A stretch of 35,869 bases of DNA from Deltaproteobacteria bacterium (lineage in GTDB: Bacteria; SAR324; NAC60-12): positions 1 through 35,869 of the forward strand of contig WTIF01000164.1 in NCBI GenBank assembly GCA_011522845.1, given 5' to 3'. Under the pieces are notes generated by a model that was not told the DNA's origin, did no database searches, and saw only the letters and a program-made list of their open reading frames with translations. Position 1 is the first letter of the stretch, and each line of letters starts with the position of its first letter. A program made the position numbers and the translations under genes. Below, piece by piece: positions 26,688 to 35,869 of the stretch.

Positions 26688-29465
26688 TCAGCGCGCCAGT
26701 AAATCTGCTACAGCTTGCAGAACCTGTTTGAGTTCTTTCTCTAGAGCAGCCATTGAATCTGGGATCACGTTGCCTTCCCGCAGTTGTGCTTCAGCAGTGC
26801 GAGACGCTGTCTCCAGTCCCTTGGCTCCCAGACTTCCAGCAATTCCCTTCAGGGTGTGGGCGAGACGAGCAGCTTCTACCAGGTTTTCTTCTGCAAGTAA
26901 TTCCTGCATCTTTTCCGCTGTGTTGGACTGGTTACGCTGAAAGACATCCAACAGACGCAGGTACAGCGAGGTATTTTGGTTCAGACGATTCAGAGCGGTT
27001 GCGATCGCTAGCCCAGGAACATTGGCCGGCAATTCTTTTGGTGGTGACTCCAGTGGTTGATTGGTCGACACGGTTGTCTCATTTTTCTTGGGTGGAATCC
27101 ATTGGAGCAGTTTGCTCAACAACAACTGCAACTCAATGGGCTTGGGAATATGATCATTCATCCCCACTTCTAGCGCCTGCTCACGGTCTGTATGAAGAGC
27201 ATTGGCGGTCATGGCGATGATGGGTAATTCCTTGAATTGTGGTAAGCGTCGTAAGAAGCGAGTTGCTTCATAGCCATCCATCACGGGCATCTGCACGTCC
27301 ATCAATACTAGATCATAGGACTGGCGTCGTAGAACATTGAGAGCCTCCTGACCATTCGGAGCTACATCTACCGCGAAATTACGCTGCCGGAGCAGTTCGG
27401 TAGCCAGTTGCTGATTGAGTTCGTTGTCCTCAACCAATAGGATTCGTGATCCACGAATTTTGCTGAGATCCGGCTCCGTCATCTTGTTACTTTGGAAAGG
27501 ATCTGTGCCATCAGACTCTGCATTCGGCTGAAGTAGGTTGTTGAGAGCCGTGTGCAGGGCCAGCTTTTGAATCGGCTTGATCAGCATCCCACCGACTCCT
27601 GCCTGCTGCGCCCGAGGCCAAAGATCGTCACGACCGTAGGCTGTCACCAGCAGAAGTTTTGGCAACTTTTCCAACTCCAATTCGCTCCCAATCAGTTTAG
27701 CTGTACGAATGCCATCCATCCCTCCACCGAGGCGCCAGTCAATCAACACCAAATCAAAAGCTCCCCGTCCTACTCTTCGTAGAGCTTCCTCACCAGAATG
27801 CACCGACTCCGTTTGTAATTCCAGTGCCTGTAGTTGTTGCTCCAGGATCTGGCACGAGGTCCGATTATCATCCACAATGAGAGCACGCAGATTTCTACAG
27901 TTAGCAATCATCTGACGGGAAACTGGACGGGAAGAAGCCATTCTCAGGCTCAACTCAAAAGAAAATGAAGTCCCTTGGTGCACGGTACTCTGAACACGAA
28001 TCTCTCCTCCCATCATCTCCACAAGTCGCTTACAGATCGCTAGACCTAGCCCTGTACCACCGTATTTCCGAGTAGTCGATGAATCGACCTGGGTGAAGGA
28101 TCGGAACAATTGAGACAGCTGCTCTGCGGGAATACCAATACCCGTGTCCCGAACCGTAAAGCGTAACCGGATGATGTCTGTAGCACGCTCCAGCTCTTCA
28201 ACGGCAATGACTACCTCACCCCGTTCGGTGAACTTGACTGCATTATTGGTCAGGTTTGTCAGAATCTGACCAAGCCGCAAGGGATCCCCAACCAGTTGTT
28301 CTGGAAGACTTGGTGGTACGTCGAAAAGCAACTCGATATTTTTTTCCAACGCTCGGATCGAGAGCATCGTTGAGACATTCTTGAACACTGAGTCGAGGCT
28401 GAAGTTTGTTTCTTCCAACTCCAGCTTGTTGGCTTCAATTTTAGAGAAGTCCAGAATATCGTTGATGATGCCAAGCAGTGACTGTGCTGAGCTCGCAATC
28501 TTGTCCAGATAGTCACGTTGCTGTGGATTCAGACGGGTTTGGATACACAGTTGAGCCAGTCCGATAACTGCATTTAGCGGTGTGCGGATTTCGTGGCTCA
28601 TATTGGCAAGAAACTCACTCTTGGCTGCATTGGCAGCCTTGGCCGCTTCCATCGCTTCGTGCAGACTTTGCTCATACTGTTTCTGGACTGTGATATCTTC
28701 CTGCATCACAACCACACTGCTAAGATCTCCGTTATCCTCCAGCACAGGAGCTACCAACATTCTTGCCCAGTAGTCCTGATTGTTTTTGCGGCGAGCCTGG
28801 AGTTCTCCTTGCCATTCTTGTCCTACAGTGACTGTCTCCCAGAGTTCTTCATACGCATTGTTTGTCGAGTCTGTCTGATAGAATTGCACCATCTGCTGAC
28901 CACAAACATCTTCCTCCACAAAACCGGTGACTTCAGTGAACTTCCGATTCACGTATTCAATACAACCGTTACGATCCGCAATGATCGTCATCGCTGAGCT
29001 GAAGCGAACCGCATGTGAGAGTTTGCGCATGGTCTGCTCAGCCTGCTTTCGAGCACTGATCTCCCTCACAGAAACCATGATCATCGTACCCTGACTGGTT
29101 TGGGAACGAACTGCACTGATTTCTACTGGGAGAACGTTTCCAGACTGATGTCTTGCAAAGCACTCAACACTCCGGCCCTGACCATCTGGAGGCAACAGTG
29201 TGATTTCCTGGATCTTTGGCATTGCCTGCGTTGGCTGGATCAGGAGGTCAGCAAGACTCCGCAGATCTAAATCCTCCCGGCTATAGCCAAAGATTTCCTC
29301 AGCCCAAGTATTGGCAAAGGTGATCTTCCACTCGGTATTCAGGACAAACAGGGCATCCGGTACGTTCTCCAACAAAACCCGATAATAGGAGGCCATGTTG
29401 GCCAGCGTGATCTCACGGTTTTGCTGATCCTGGGAAAGTGCGGATTCCTCTGAATTCATGGGCAT
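26688..29465 (-). CDS. Cytoplasmic hybrid sensor histidine kinase (PAS-PAS-HisKA-HATPase-REC-REC-HPt)
   Basis: Two PAS domains, [37 protein letters not shown], two intact receivers (LIDW, LMDVQMP) and HPt AHTLKG. No TM segment. Confidence 0.95.
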   Translation of the reverse strand: MPMNSEESALSQDQQNREITLANMASYYRVLLENVPDALFVLNTEWKITFANTWAEEIFGYSREDLDLRSLADLLIQPTQAMPKIQEITLLPPDGQGRSVECFARHQSGNVLPVEISAVRSQTSQGTMIMVSVREISARKQAEQTMRKLSHAVRFSSAMTIIADRNGCIEYVNRKFTEVTGFVEEDVCGQQMVQFYQTDSTNNAYEELWETVTVGQEWQGELQARRKNNQDYWARMLVAPVLEDNGDLSSVVVMQEDITVQKQYEQSLHEAMEAAKAANAAKSEFLANMSHEIRTPLNAVIGLAQLCIQTRLNPQQRDYLDKIASSAQSLLGIINDILDFSKIEANKLELEETNFSLDSVFKNVSTMLSIRALEKNIELLFDVPPSLPEQLVGDPLRLGQILTNLTNNAVKFTERGEVVIAVEELERATDIIRLRFTVRDTGIGIPAEQLSQLFRSFTQVDSSTTRKYGGTGLGLAICKRLVEMMGGEIRVQSTVHQGTSFSFELSLRMASSRPVSRQMIANCRNLRALIVDDNRTSCQILEQQLQALELQTESVHSGEEALRRVGRGAFDLVLIDWRLGGGMDGIRTAKLIGSELELEKLPKLLLVTAYGRDDLWPRAQQAGVGGMLIKPIQKLALHTALNNLLQPNAESDGTDPFQSNKMTEPDLSKIRGSRILLVEDNELNQQLATELLRQRNFAVDVAPNGQEALNVLRRQSYDLVLMDVQMPVMDGYEATRFLRRLPQFKELPIIAMTANALHTDREQALEVGMNDHIPKPIELQLLLSKLLQWIPPKKNETTVSTNQPLESPPKELPANVPGLAIATALNRLNQNTSLYLRLLDVFQRNQSNTAEKMQELLAEENLVEAARLAHTLKGIAGSLGAKGLETASRTAEAQLREGNVIPDSMAALEKELKQVLQAVADLLAR

Positions 29466-29562
29466 AACTCCACGAAGGCTAACGAAAAGTCACAAAAATC
29501 ATCATCATCTAAGAAGCACTAGCAGAGAGCAATATTTTTGTGGCAAAAATGAGGCAGGAAGA

Positions 29563-29585
29563 GGCTGGCCTGTGATCAGCCAGCC
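29563..29585 (-). terminator. Hairpin downstream of hppA (possible terminator)
   Basis: GGCTGGC, 9 nt, GCCAGCC perfect stem. The U tract on the minus strand is weak (TCTTCC). Confidence 0.45.
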
Positions 29586-29612
29586 CGAAAAGAGGGAATC
29601 CGGTAGTTGGTC

Positions 29613-31739
29613 TCAGTTGACCAATAATCCACCGTATTCTACAAAGAAAGGAACAAAGACAAGGCTGAGAATCGCTGACAGCTTGATCAGAATATTCAGC
29701 GAAGGACCAGAAGTGTCTTTCAAGGGATCACCCACAGTGTCACCGACAACTGCGGCTTTGTGAGTATCGGTTCCCTTTCCACCCAGGTTCCCAGCTTCAA
29801 TGTACTTCTTGGCATTGTCCCAGGCTCCCCCAGAGTTGGCTGAGGAGATTGCCAAAACCCCACCAGCGACCAGTGAACCTGCTAATACTCCGGCCAGTGC
29901 AGGAATACCAAAGAGGAAGCCCACAACGATTGGAGTACCCAAGATCAGGATACCGGGAGGAATCATCTCGCGGACAGCGGCCTTGGTCGAAATGGCTACG
30001 CACTGTGCATAGTCGGGCTCAGCCTTGCCCTCCATGATGCCATCAATCGTACGGAACTGACGGCGTACTTCCTCAATCATGTCAAAGGCTGCTTTTCCAA
30101 CAGACTTCATGGTCATTGCCGAAAAGAGGAAGGGCAGCATGGCACCGACGAAGAGACCGGTCAGTACCAATGGATCCAGCAAGCTGATGCTAGCCATCAG
30201 GTCAACATCCGGCTGTAGATAGTCAGCACGGGTCAGGAAGGCAGCAAACAGAGCTAAGGCCGTCAGGATCGCGGAACCAATAGCGAAGCCCTTGCCAATC
30301 GCAGCGGTCGTGTTACCAGCAGCATCCAGCACATCAGTGCGCTTTCGCACACCCTCTTCCATTCCGCTCATCTCAGCAATACCACCGGCGTTATCAGCCA
30401 CCGGCCCGTAGGCGTCAATTGCCAAACCAATGATTAGTGTGCTGAGCATACCCAAAGCTGCAATCGCTACTCCGTACATTCCACCAAAGTAGAATGGCAC
30501 ATAAATACTGACCGCGATCGCCAGGATTGATCCGACAGAGCTGTGGTAGCCAAGGGCCAGACCAAAAATGATGTTGGTAGCTGAACCTGTTTCTGAGGCT
30601 TTGGCGACTTCCCGCACAGGCGCAAAATCATGAGACGTATAGTATTCCGTCAGTAGTCCCACCGCCAGACCAGCTACTGCTCCAGCGAAGTAGCACCAGT
30701 AGATACCAAGATTGGTGTATTCTGAACCACTGATCACAAAGGTCGCCGGCAGAGCCCACTTGGTCACGAAGAACATCACAACCACGCTGAGGATCGTAGA
30801 GACAACCAGCAGCTTCTTCAGAGTAGGAGCTACATCTTTTTCTTCCTGAACCCGAGCCGTGAACATCGTGGCTAGCGCCAGTGGAATCCCAATAGCTGTG
30901 ACCAGAATCGGGAAGAGTAAGGCCTCCAAGTTGGTGGCAAAGGCCACAGCACCAATCACTAACGCAGCGCAGGTACTTTCGGCACAGGAGCCGAAGAGGT
31001 CTGCTCCCATCCCTGCTACGTCACCAACGTTGTCACCAACGTTGTCAGCGATGACCGCTGGGTTGCGAGGATCATCCTCCGGAATTCCCTGTTCCACCTT
31101 CCCAACTAGATCAGCTCCAACGTCTGCTGCCTTGGTGAAGATTCCACCGCCTACACGACCGAACAACGCAATCGAAGAACCTCCCAGACCAAAGCCAGCC
31201 ATGACTTCCATTAAGATGTGCGTATCTACTCCGGAAGGTAGCAAGCCCACCAACATCAGGTACACACCGATCAGCCCGAACACGGCCAAGCCAACCAAGC
31301 CGAAACCCATCACTGCACCAGATTGCAAGGCAACCTGAAATGCCTTAGAAATCGAAGTTTTGGCAGAAACGGTTGTGCGTGCATTGCCAATCGTCGCAAT
31401 CTTCATCCCAATAAAGCCGGATACCATAGACACACCGGCTCCAAGCAGGAATGAGAGCGCTGTATACATACCCTCGTTCAGATTGGCAGTGTGTGGATCA
31501 TCCACTAAAAATGAGATCAGAACTGCGAATGCCACCATGAAGTAGATCATGTAGCGATACTCTTGGGTCAGGAAGGCCATCGCCCCCTTGGAGATCGCAC
31601 CGTGAATCTTGCGCAGGCGTTCTGCTTCAGCAGAGTCAGAAATGCCTTGGGTCAATGGAATTTGCGAGACCTGACGAGCATAGTACAGGGCGATCAGCAG
31701 TCCAAAGACCGACAGGACCAAAATGAGCGAAATGGTCAT
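29613..31739 (-). CDS. hppA: Membrane-bound pyrophosphatase, K+-dependent type
   Basis: [61 protein letters not shown] and [14 protein letters not shown]. Confidence 0.97.
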   Translation of the reverse strand: MTISLILVLSVFGLLIALYYARQVSQIPLTQGISDSAEAERLRKIHGAISKGAMAFLTQEYRYMIYFMVAFAVLISFLVDDPHTANLNEGMYTALSFLLGAGVSMVSGFIGMKIATIGNARTTVSAKTSISKAFQVALQSGAVMGFGLVGLAVFGLIGVYLMLVGLLPSGVDTHILMEVMAGFGLGGSSIALFGRVGGGIFTKAADVGADLVGKVEQGIPEDDPRNPAVIADNVGDNVGDVAGMGADLFGSCAESTCAALVIGAVAFATNLEALLFPILVTAIGIPLALATMFTARVQEEKDVAPTLKKLLVVSTILSVVVMFFVTKWALPATFVISGSEYTNLGIYWCYFAGAVAGLAVGLLTEYYTSHDFAPVREVAKASETGSATNIIFGLALGYHSSVGSILAIAVSIYVPFYFGGMYGVAIAALGMLSTLIIGLAIDAYGPVADNAGGIAEMSGMEEGVRKRTDVLDAAGNTTAAIGKGFAIGSAILTALALFAAFLTRADYLQPDVDLMASISLLDPLVLTGLFVGAMLPFLFSAMTMKSVGKAAFDMIEEVRRQFRTIDGIMEGKAEPDYAQCVAISTKAAVREMIPPGILILGTPIVVGFLFGIPALAGVLAGSLVAGGVLAISSANSGGAWDNAKKYIEAGNLGGKGTDTHKAAVVGDTVGDPLKDTSGPSLNILIKLSAILSLVFVPFFVEYGGLLVN

Positions 31740-31946
31740 GAGAGACTTACTCCGTTGAGAAATGAGGTGGAAACAGAAGGAAAGGAGTGAAGGCTAGACG
31801 CGCTTGTAGCGTGTTCCGGACTTCTCTGGTGCAGGCCACGCCTCCGAGGCTCCATGCTCTTCCAGAGGAGGAGTTGCCAAATGGAAAGCCGCTAAGTGTA
31901 AGAAACTGCTATTGAAATTGCAAGGATTGATTTGCCGCGAGCGGAG

Positions 31947-31974
31947 GCAGACCGCAGCAGCAAAAGCGGTCTGC
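31947..31974 (-). terminator. Hairpin immediately downstream of sodB
   Basis: GCAGACCGC, 10 nt, GCGGTCTGC perfect 9-bp stem. No U tract in the sodB direction, so it may be a stabilising hairpin. Confidence 0.45.
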
Positions 31975-31988
31975 AAAGGAGAGATCGA

Positions 31989-32567
31989 TCAGCTCATGTT
32001 GTCTGTGACAAAGTCCCAGTTCACGAGATTCCAGAAGGCGTCCAGATACTTTGGACGAGCGTTGCGATAGTCAATGTAGTAGGCGTGCTCCCAGACATCA
32101 CAGGTCAGCAATGGTGTGCTTGCTCCGGTCAGAGGAGTTGCTGCGTTGCTGGTGTTCTCCAGCGCCAGCTTGCCATCGGAATTCTGCACCAGCCAGGTCC
32201 ACCCAGAACCGAAGTTGTTGACCGCCGAATTGGTGAACTGCTCTTTGAACGCATCAACAGAACCGAACGAACCCTGCAGGGCTGAGGCTAGTTTGTCATT
32301 GGGCGCTCCACCTCCATTGGGGCTCAGGCAGTTCCAGTAGAAGGTATGATTCCAAACTTGGGCTGCATTATTGAAAACACCACCACTGGACTTACCGACA
32401 ATATCTTCTAGGGACATGTTCTCGAATTCTGTACCCGGAATCAGGCCATTAAGCTTGGTCACATAGGTTTGATGATGCTTGCCATAGTGAAACTCCAGGG
32501 TCTCAGCAGAAATGTGTGGTGCAAGGGCATCCATGGCATAGGGCAGGGCGGGGAGTTGGTGTTCCAT
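31989..32567 (-). CDS. sodB: Superoxide dismutase [Fe]
   Basis: [27 protein letters not shown] (Fe-type AAQ), FGSGWTWL and DVWEHAYY. Confidence 0.96.
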   Translation of the reverse strand: MEHQLPALPYAMDALAPHISAETLEFHYGKHHQTYVTKLNGLIPGTEFENMSLEDIVGKSSGGVFNNAAQVWNHTFYWNCLSPNGGGAPNDKLASALQGSFGSVDAFKEQFTNSAVNNFGSGWTWLVQNSDGKLALENTSNAATPLTGASTPLLTCDVWEHAYYIDYRNARPKYLDAFWNLVNWDFVTDNMS

Positions 32568-32827
32568 TGAGATCCTTTCAGAAAGACTCGTGTTAGTAAT
32601 CCCTCGACAACCGCGTCGAAGGCGGTGGCGAAGCGTTGCTTCCCATCAGATGAACAGAAGTGTAGCAGAAACCGCCCAAAGTCCAAGTTTGAGTCGATCA
32701 GCACTCAAAACTTGTTGTATCAACCGTGGGGAAAAGTTTCGGCGAAGCTCCCAAGATTGTGATGGGGGATTGTTTAGTCTGTGGAAGAAAAGACATTTGT
32801 TGAATATCTGGGGAGCGCTTAAGCCAA

Positions 32828-34105
32828 TCAGCGAAGCCCGATCACTGGTAATTCCGACCATTGAGTGGTGTAACGTGGGGATCGATGTTGCTGGAGCGGC
32901 AAACCTTTGGTCGCCGTCAGGGTGTGAGCCAACTGTAGCACACTACGTCCCCAACGTTGCTGGAGCCCTGTGATGGCTTGCTGAAGTTCTGCTCTCGGTT
33001 GCCACGCCGTGTCCATATTCCAGGAAGGCTGATCGGGTTCCAGACCAAAGAGCATTACCCCGCAGCGGGTATAGGCCACACCCGAGCGATAGGCTTGTTG
33101 CAATAATGTAAAGGCACAACGTTGGAGTTCCCACAGATCATCTGTTGGCTCGATGACCGCTTGTCGGCTACCGAAATAGCGAACTTCTCTGTGAAAACGA
33201 CTGGTGTGTAGAAAGACCTGGATTCCACTTGCCCTCAAATGATGCCTACGCAAATGCTCCCAGCCACGTTGCAGATATCGTCCAAGAGCTGGACGCAATT
33301 CTGTCAGCTGGTACAGCGGTTGACCAAAGGAACGACTACGCACCAGTGAACGCGGTGGTGGGCTAGTTTCTTCCAAGGAGAGGCAGGACTCTCCACGTAG
33401 TTCCAAAGCGATTCGCTGCAATACCACATTGGCGACAAGCCGGATCATTGCAGGATCAGCAGCTGCCAAGTCTGCAGCATTCTGCCAACCTTCGGTTTCC
33501 AAACGTCTTGCCCAACGCCTGCCAATGCCCCAGACGTCGGTCAATGGGGTCACTGAAAGCTGCTGTTGACGGGTTTCTGGATCTTCTGGCATGGACCAAA
33601 TCCCTGCGGCTTCCTTGCGCCGTTTGGCCTGTCGATTGGCCAACTTGGCCAGTACCTTCGTTGATGCTAACCCAATCGAAACGGGGATACCAGTATCGCG
33701 CAGGACACGAGCCCGCAATTGTCGAGCGAAGGCTTCTCGCTCTGTCTGTTTCCTACCGGGAATTTCGACGAAGGCTTCATCGATTGAGTAACGTTCCACT
33801 CGTGGACACTGAGCCTCCAGCGTTTGCATCACCCGCTGGCTGAAATCTCCGTAGAGTGGATAGTTGCTGCTGAAAACAACAGCCCCAGCCCGACGCAACT
33901 CTGGTCCACACTGAAAGTAGGGAGTCCCCATCGCTACCCCCAATTGCTTGACCTCCTCACTGCGGGCGATCACGCAACCATCGTTGTTGCTGAGGACAGC
34001 TACTGGAACTTTTGCTAAGTCGGGCCGAAAGACTCGCTCACAGGAAACGTAGAAATTGTTACAATCAACCAGCGCTAGGCAGGGATCAGAGCTTGTGGAT
34101 GACAT
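32828..34105 (-). CDS. umuC: Y-family DNA polymerase V catalytic subunit UmuC
   Basis: LVDCNNFYVSCERVFRPDL, VLSNNDGC, FSSNYPLYGD, YSIDEAF, SRSFG and SPRYTTQW. Confidence 0.95.
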   Translation of the reverse strand: MSSTSSDPCLALVDCNNFYVSCERVFRPDLAKVPVAVLSNNDGCVIARSEEVKQLGVAMGTPYFQCGPELRRAGAVVFSSNYPLYGDFSQRVMQTLEAQCPRVERYSIDEAFVEIPGRKQTEREAFARQLRARVLRDTGIPVSIGLASTKVLAKLANRQAKRRKEAAGIWSMPEDPETRQQQLSVTPLTDVWGIGRRWARRLETEGWQNAADLAAADPAMIRLVANVVLQRIALELRGESCLSLEETSPPPRSLVRSRSFGQPLYQLTELRPALGRYLQRGWEHLRRHHLRASGIQVFLHTSRFHREVRYFGSRQAVIEPTDDLWELQRCAFTLLQQAYRSGVAYTRCGVMLFGLEPDQPSWNMDTAWQPRAELQQAITGLQQRWGRSVLQLAHTLTATKGLPLQQHRSPRYTTQWSELPVIGLR

Positions 34106-34556
34106 AGGTCACCACCCCCCAGACAGCAAAGGCATCATCCACCGTCACTTGGATGGATTCATAATTTTCGTTTTCTGGACGCAACTCGATCTGACCTCCA
34201 TCCTGCCAAAGCCGCTTGAGGGTAAATTCTCCATGCAGCGAAGCGATCACAATCCGGCCTTTACGTTGCTCGATTGACCGATCCACTACCAGCAGGTCTC
34301 CATCGAAGATTCCAGCTTGGATCATTGAATCTCCAGCTGCTCGGACAAAGAATGTTGAGGTGGGATGGGGAATCAGGTGCTCATTTAGATCCAAGCGTCC
34401 TTCCAGATGATCTTCTGCCGGTGAAGGAAAACCTGCAGAGACTCCCATACTGAAGATGGGCAGTGAGCGTTCGGCACCAATTTCCAAGCCATGTATTGAA
34501 GCGATGCTACCATCCGTGACCAATGGACGACGGCGTGGAAGAACGGAAATCGACAT
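34086..34556 (-). CDS. umuD: UmuD (S24 autopeptidase)
   Basis: Cleavage site VSAGFPSPAED, catalytic GDSM and FTLKRL. Overlaps the umuC start. Confidence 0.95.
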   Translation of the reverse strand: MSISVLPRRRPLVTDGSIASIHGLEIGAERSLPIFSMGVSAGFPSPAEDHLEGRLDLNEHLIPHPTSTFFVRAAGDSMIQAGIFDGDLLVVDRSIEQRKGRIVIASLHGEFTLKRLWQDGGQIELRPENENYESIQVTVDDAFAVWGVVTYVIHKL

Positions 34557-34775
34557 CGGGGCAACTCCTTCCTGAATCAGGTTTCAAACAAATCCGCACC
34601 TAGCAATGAAAAGAGTTTGCCAGGCAACTGTTATGATCAACTACAATTGTTGAATGCGCCCGTTGATCTAACAAACAAATTCTCATCTCACTCAAAAATC
34701 CTAGAATTTTGTAGAGAGTGCGGTAGGGTTGGGAGAATAATATTTTTGAAAAAAGTCTTCCTCCCCAACAGGTGC

Positions 34776-35159
34776 ATGAGCACAAGTTATCGTTCCAGAA
34801 ACCTTCGTAGTTTGGCTGGAGCACTGGCTGTATTGCTGCTGATCTGGCTCAGTGTGATCCCAGTGCATGTGCAGCACACGAACGGGTTCCGCACACCAAC
34901 AGGTGCTTTTGTCTCCGCAGACCTGGCAGAGCATCTGGACTGTCTGCCCTTCCCATTGACTCCCGTTTCTACGGATACAGAACCTTGCCCCGCCCTACTA
35001 GCTTGGAACTCTGGGAGCGCCACATTTGTTCTACCTCCCATGGCTCCTATCCTAGGGCAGTTTCTGGCCCACATACTTGGTACTCTCCCCTACCAATCTC
35101 CTTTCATTGTCAAAGCCTGGCTGAGTCTAGCTTCCCTGCGGGCTCCACCTCTATTCTGA
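34776..35159 (+). CDS. DUF2946-like exported/membrane leader protein ending in RAPP
   Basis: 127 aa from ATG 34776: N-terminal TM/signal, HVQH, HLDC...EPC, a Pro-rich tail and C-terminal RAPPLF*. Lies upstream of a copper chaperone. Confidence 0.7.
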   Translation: MSTSYRSRNLRSLAGALAVLLLIWLSVIPVHVQHTNGFRTPTGAFVSADLAEHLDCLPFPLTPVSTDTEPCPALLAWNSGSATFVLPPMAPILGQFLAHILGTLPYQSPFIVKAWLSLASLRAPPLF

Positions 35160-35402
35160 TCCATTCTTGCCAAAATTACTGAGCGTCTGTTGTTTTCCTT
35201 GAAACTCTGAAGAACATCGGACGTTTCGAACTACTCTCTGCGTCAATAGCTACCTGTGATTCGATTACCTTGGACCGGTAATCATCTAGGCAGAACGTGG
35301 AGAGAGCGCAATTTGTCTCTACAGTGAGATCGGAGGACTGAGCTTTAGTGCTCTGGCTACATTCAAACTGTGGAGCAACTACTCCTGGAGAAAGAATCAA
35401 CA

Positions 35403-35869
35403 ATGAAACAAATTTCAAAAATATTTGGCTTATTCATCGGTTTGTTGTCCATACTAAGTATTAGTGTTGTGTTCGCACAGTCCATGGCTGAAATGGGAGT
35501 CACCAATGGTTGGATTCGAGCGACACCTCCCAATGCCAAGATGGGGGCTGCCTACCTGACCATGATGAATCATCAGGATCAGGCAGATGCCCTGATTGGG
35601 GCCAGTTCACCTCTGGCTGAAGTGGTGGAAATCCACAACGTCAAGGAAGAGAACGGTATGATGAAGATGTACCCTGTGGATTCCCTTGAAGTTCCAGCAA
35701 AGGGCATGGTGATGCTCAAACCCGGAGGCTATCACATCATGCTGATCAACTTGAAACAGGCACCTAAACTTGGAGAATCACACTCGCTGACTCTCCGGTT
35801 TCGGCAGGCCCCAGACGTAGTCGTAGAGTTGCCTGTACAGCAGAGTGGGGCTACTTCTGGAGATGATGA
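35403..35869 (+). CDS. Periplasmic copper chaperone PCu(A)C (3' truncated by window edge; missing from the ORF track)
   Basis: Manual translation gives MKQISKIFGLFIG...WIRATPPNAKMGAAYLTMMN...VEIHNVKEENGMMKM...LKPGGYHIML, containing the H-x10-M-x21-HxM Cu(I) motif. SD GGAG. Confidence 0.93.
   Translation, partial: MKQISKIFGLFIGLLSILSISVVFAQSMAEMGVTNGWIRATPPNAKMGAAYLTMMNHQDQADALIGASSPLAEVVEIHNVKEENGMMKMYPVDSLEVPAKGMVMLKPGGYHIMLINLKQAPKLGESHSLTLRFRQAPDVVVELPVQQSGATSGDD

Noticed and set aside
32590-32973. Short ORFs between sodB and umuC, and the many antisense or nested ORFs in the track
   Set aside because: They overlap well-supported genes or lack an SD and protein-like features, so I treated them as shadow ORFs.
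32828-34556. umuDC as a marker of an ICE, prophage or plasmid
   Set aside because: No integrase, transfer or phage genes. The flanks are housekeeping genes of similar composition.
34557-34775. LexA/SOS box upstream of umuD
   Set aside because: CTGTTATGATCAACTA only half-matches CTGT-N8-ACAG, and the LexA motif of this lineage is unknown to me.

Overview
Bacterial chromosomal window, gene-dense, with no rRNA, tRNA, CRISPR array or recognisable mobile element. The gene content suggests a Gram-negative, deltaproteobacterium-like organism (SAR324-like is a guess I cannot confirm). In order it carries: an amidase 3' end, a secreted formamidase/acetamidase with a periplasmic partner, a CPA2 K+/H+ antiporter, an MtaD-type deaminase with an archaeal-type SAH/SIH hydrolase, an orphan nuoN, a type IV pilin, a TPR lipoprotein, a FlgT-N-like protein, lpdA, a signal-peptide TPR-CHAT protease, an alpha/beta hydrolase, a LapA-like protein, an AT-rich patch with two small proteins, FKBP, an LptA-like protein, pyrG, a pseudo-receiver, nnr, a hybrid kinase, hppA, sodB, umuDC, a RAPP-ending small ORF and a PCu(A)C copper chaperone. 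The most notable observations are: (1) a candidate RAPP ribosome-arrest, metal-sensing leader plus a structured spacer upstream of PCu(A)C; (2) an unnamed ~60-aa helical module shared by two unrelated envelope proteins; (3) a deaminase plus HxExK-type hydrolase pair that suggests the S-inosylhomocysteine route; (4) an exported caspase-like TPR-CHAT protease beside pilin and lipoprotein genes; (5) a truncated H-NS-like protein with a divergent 53-aa ORF missing from the ORF track. All family calls come from motif recognition, not database searches.
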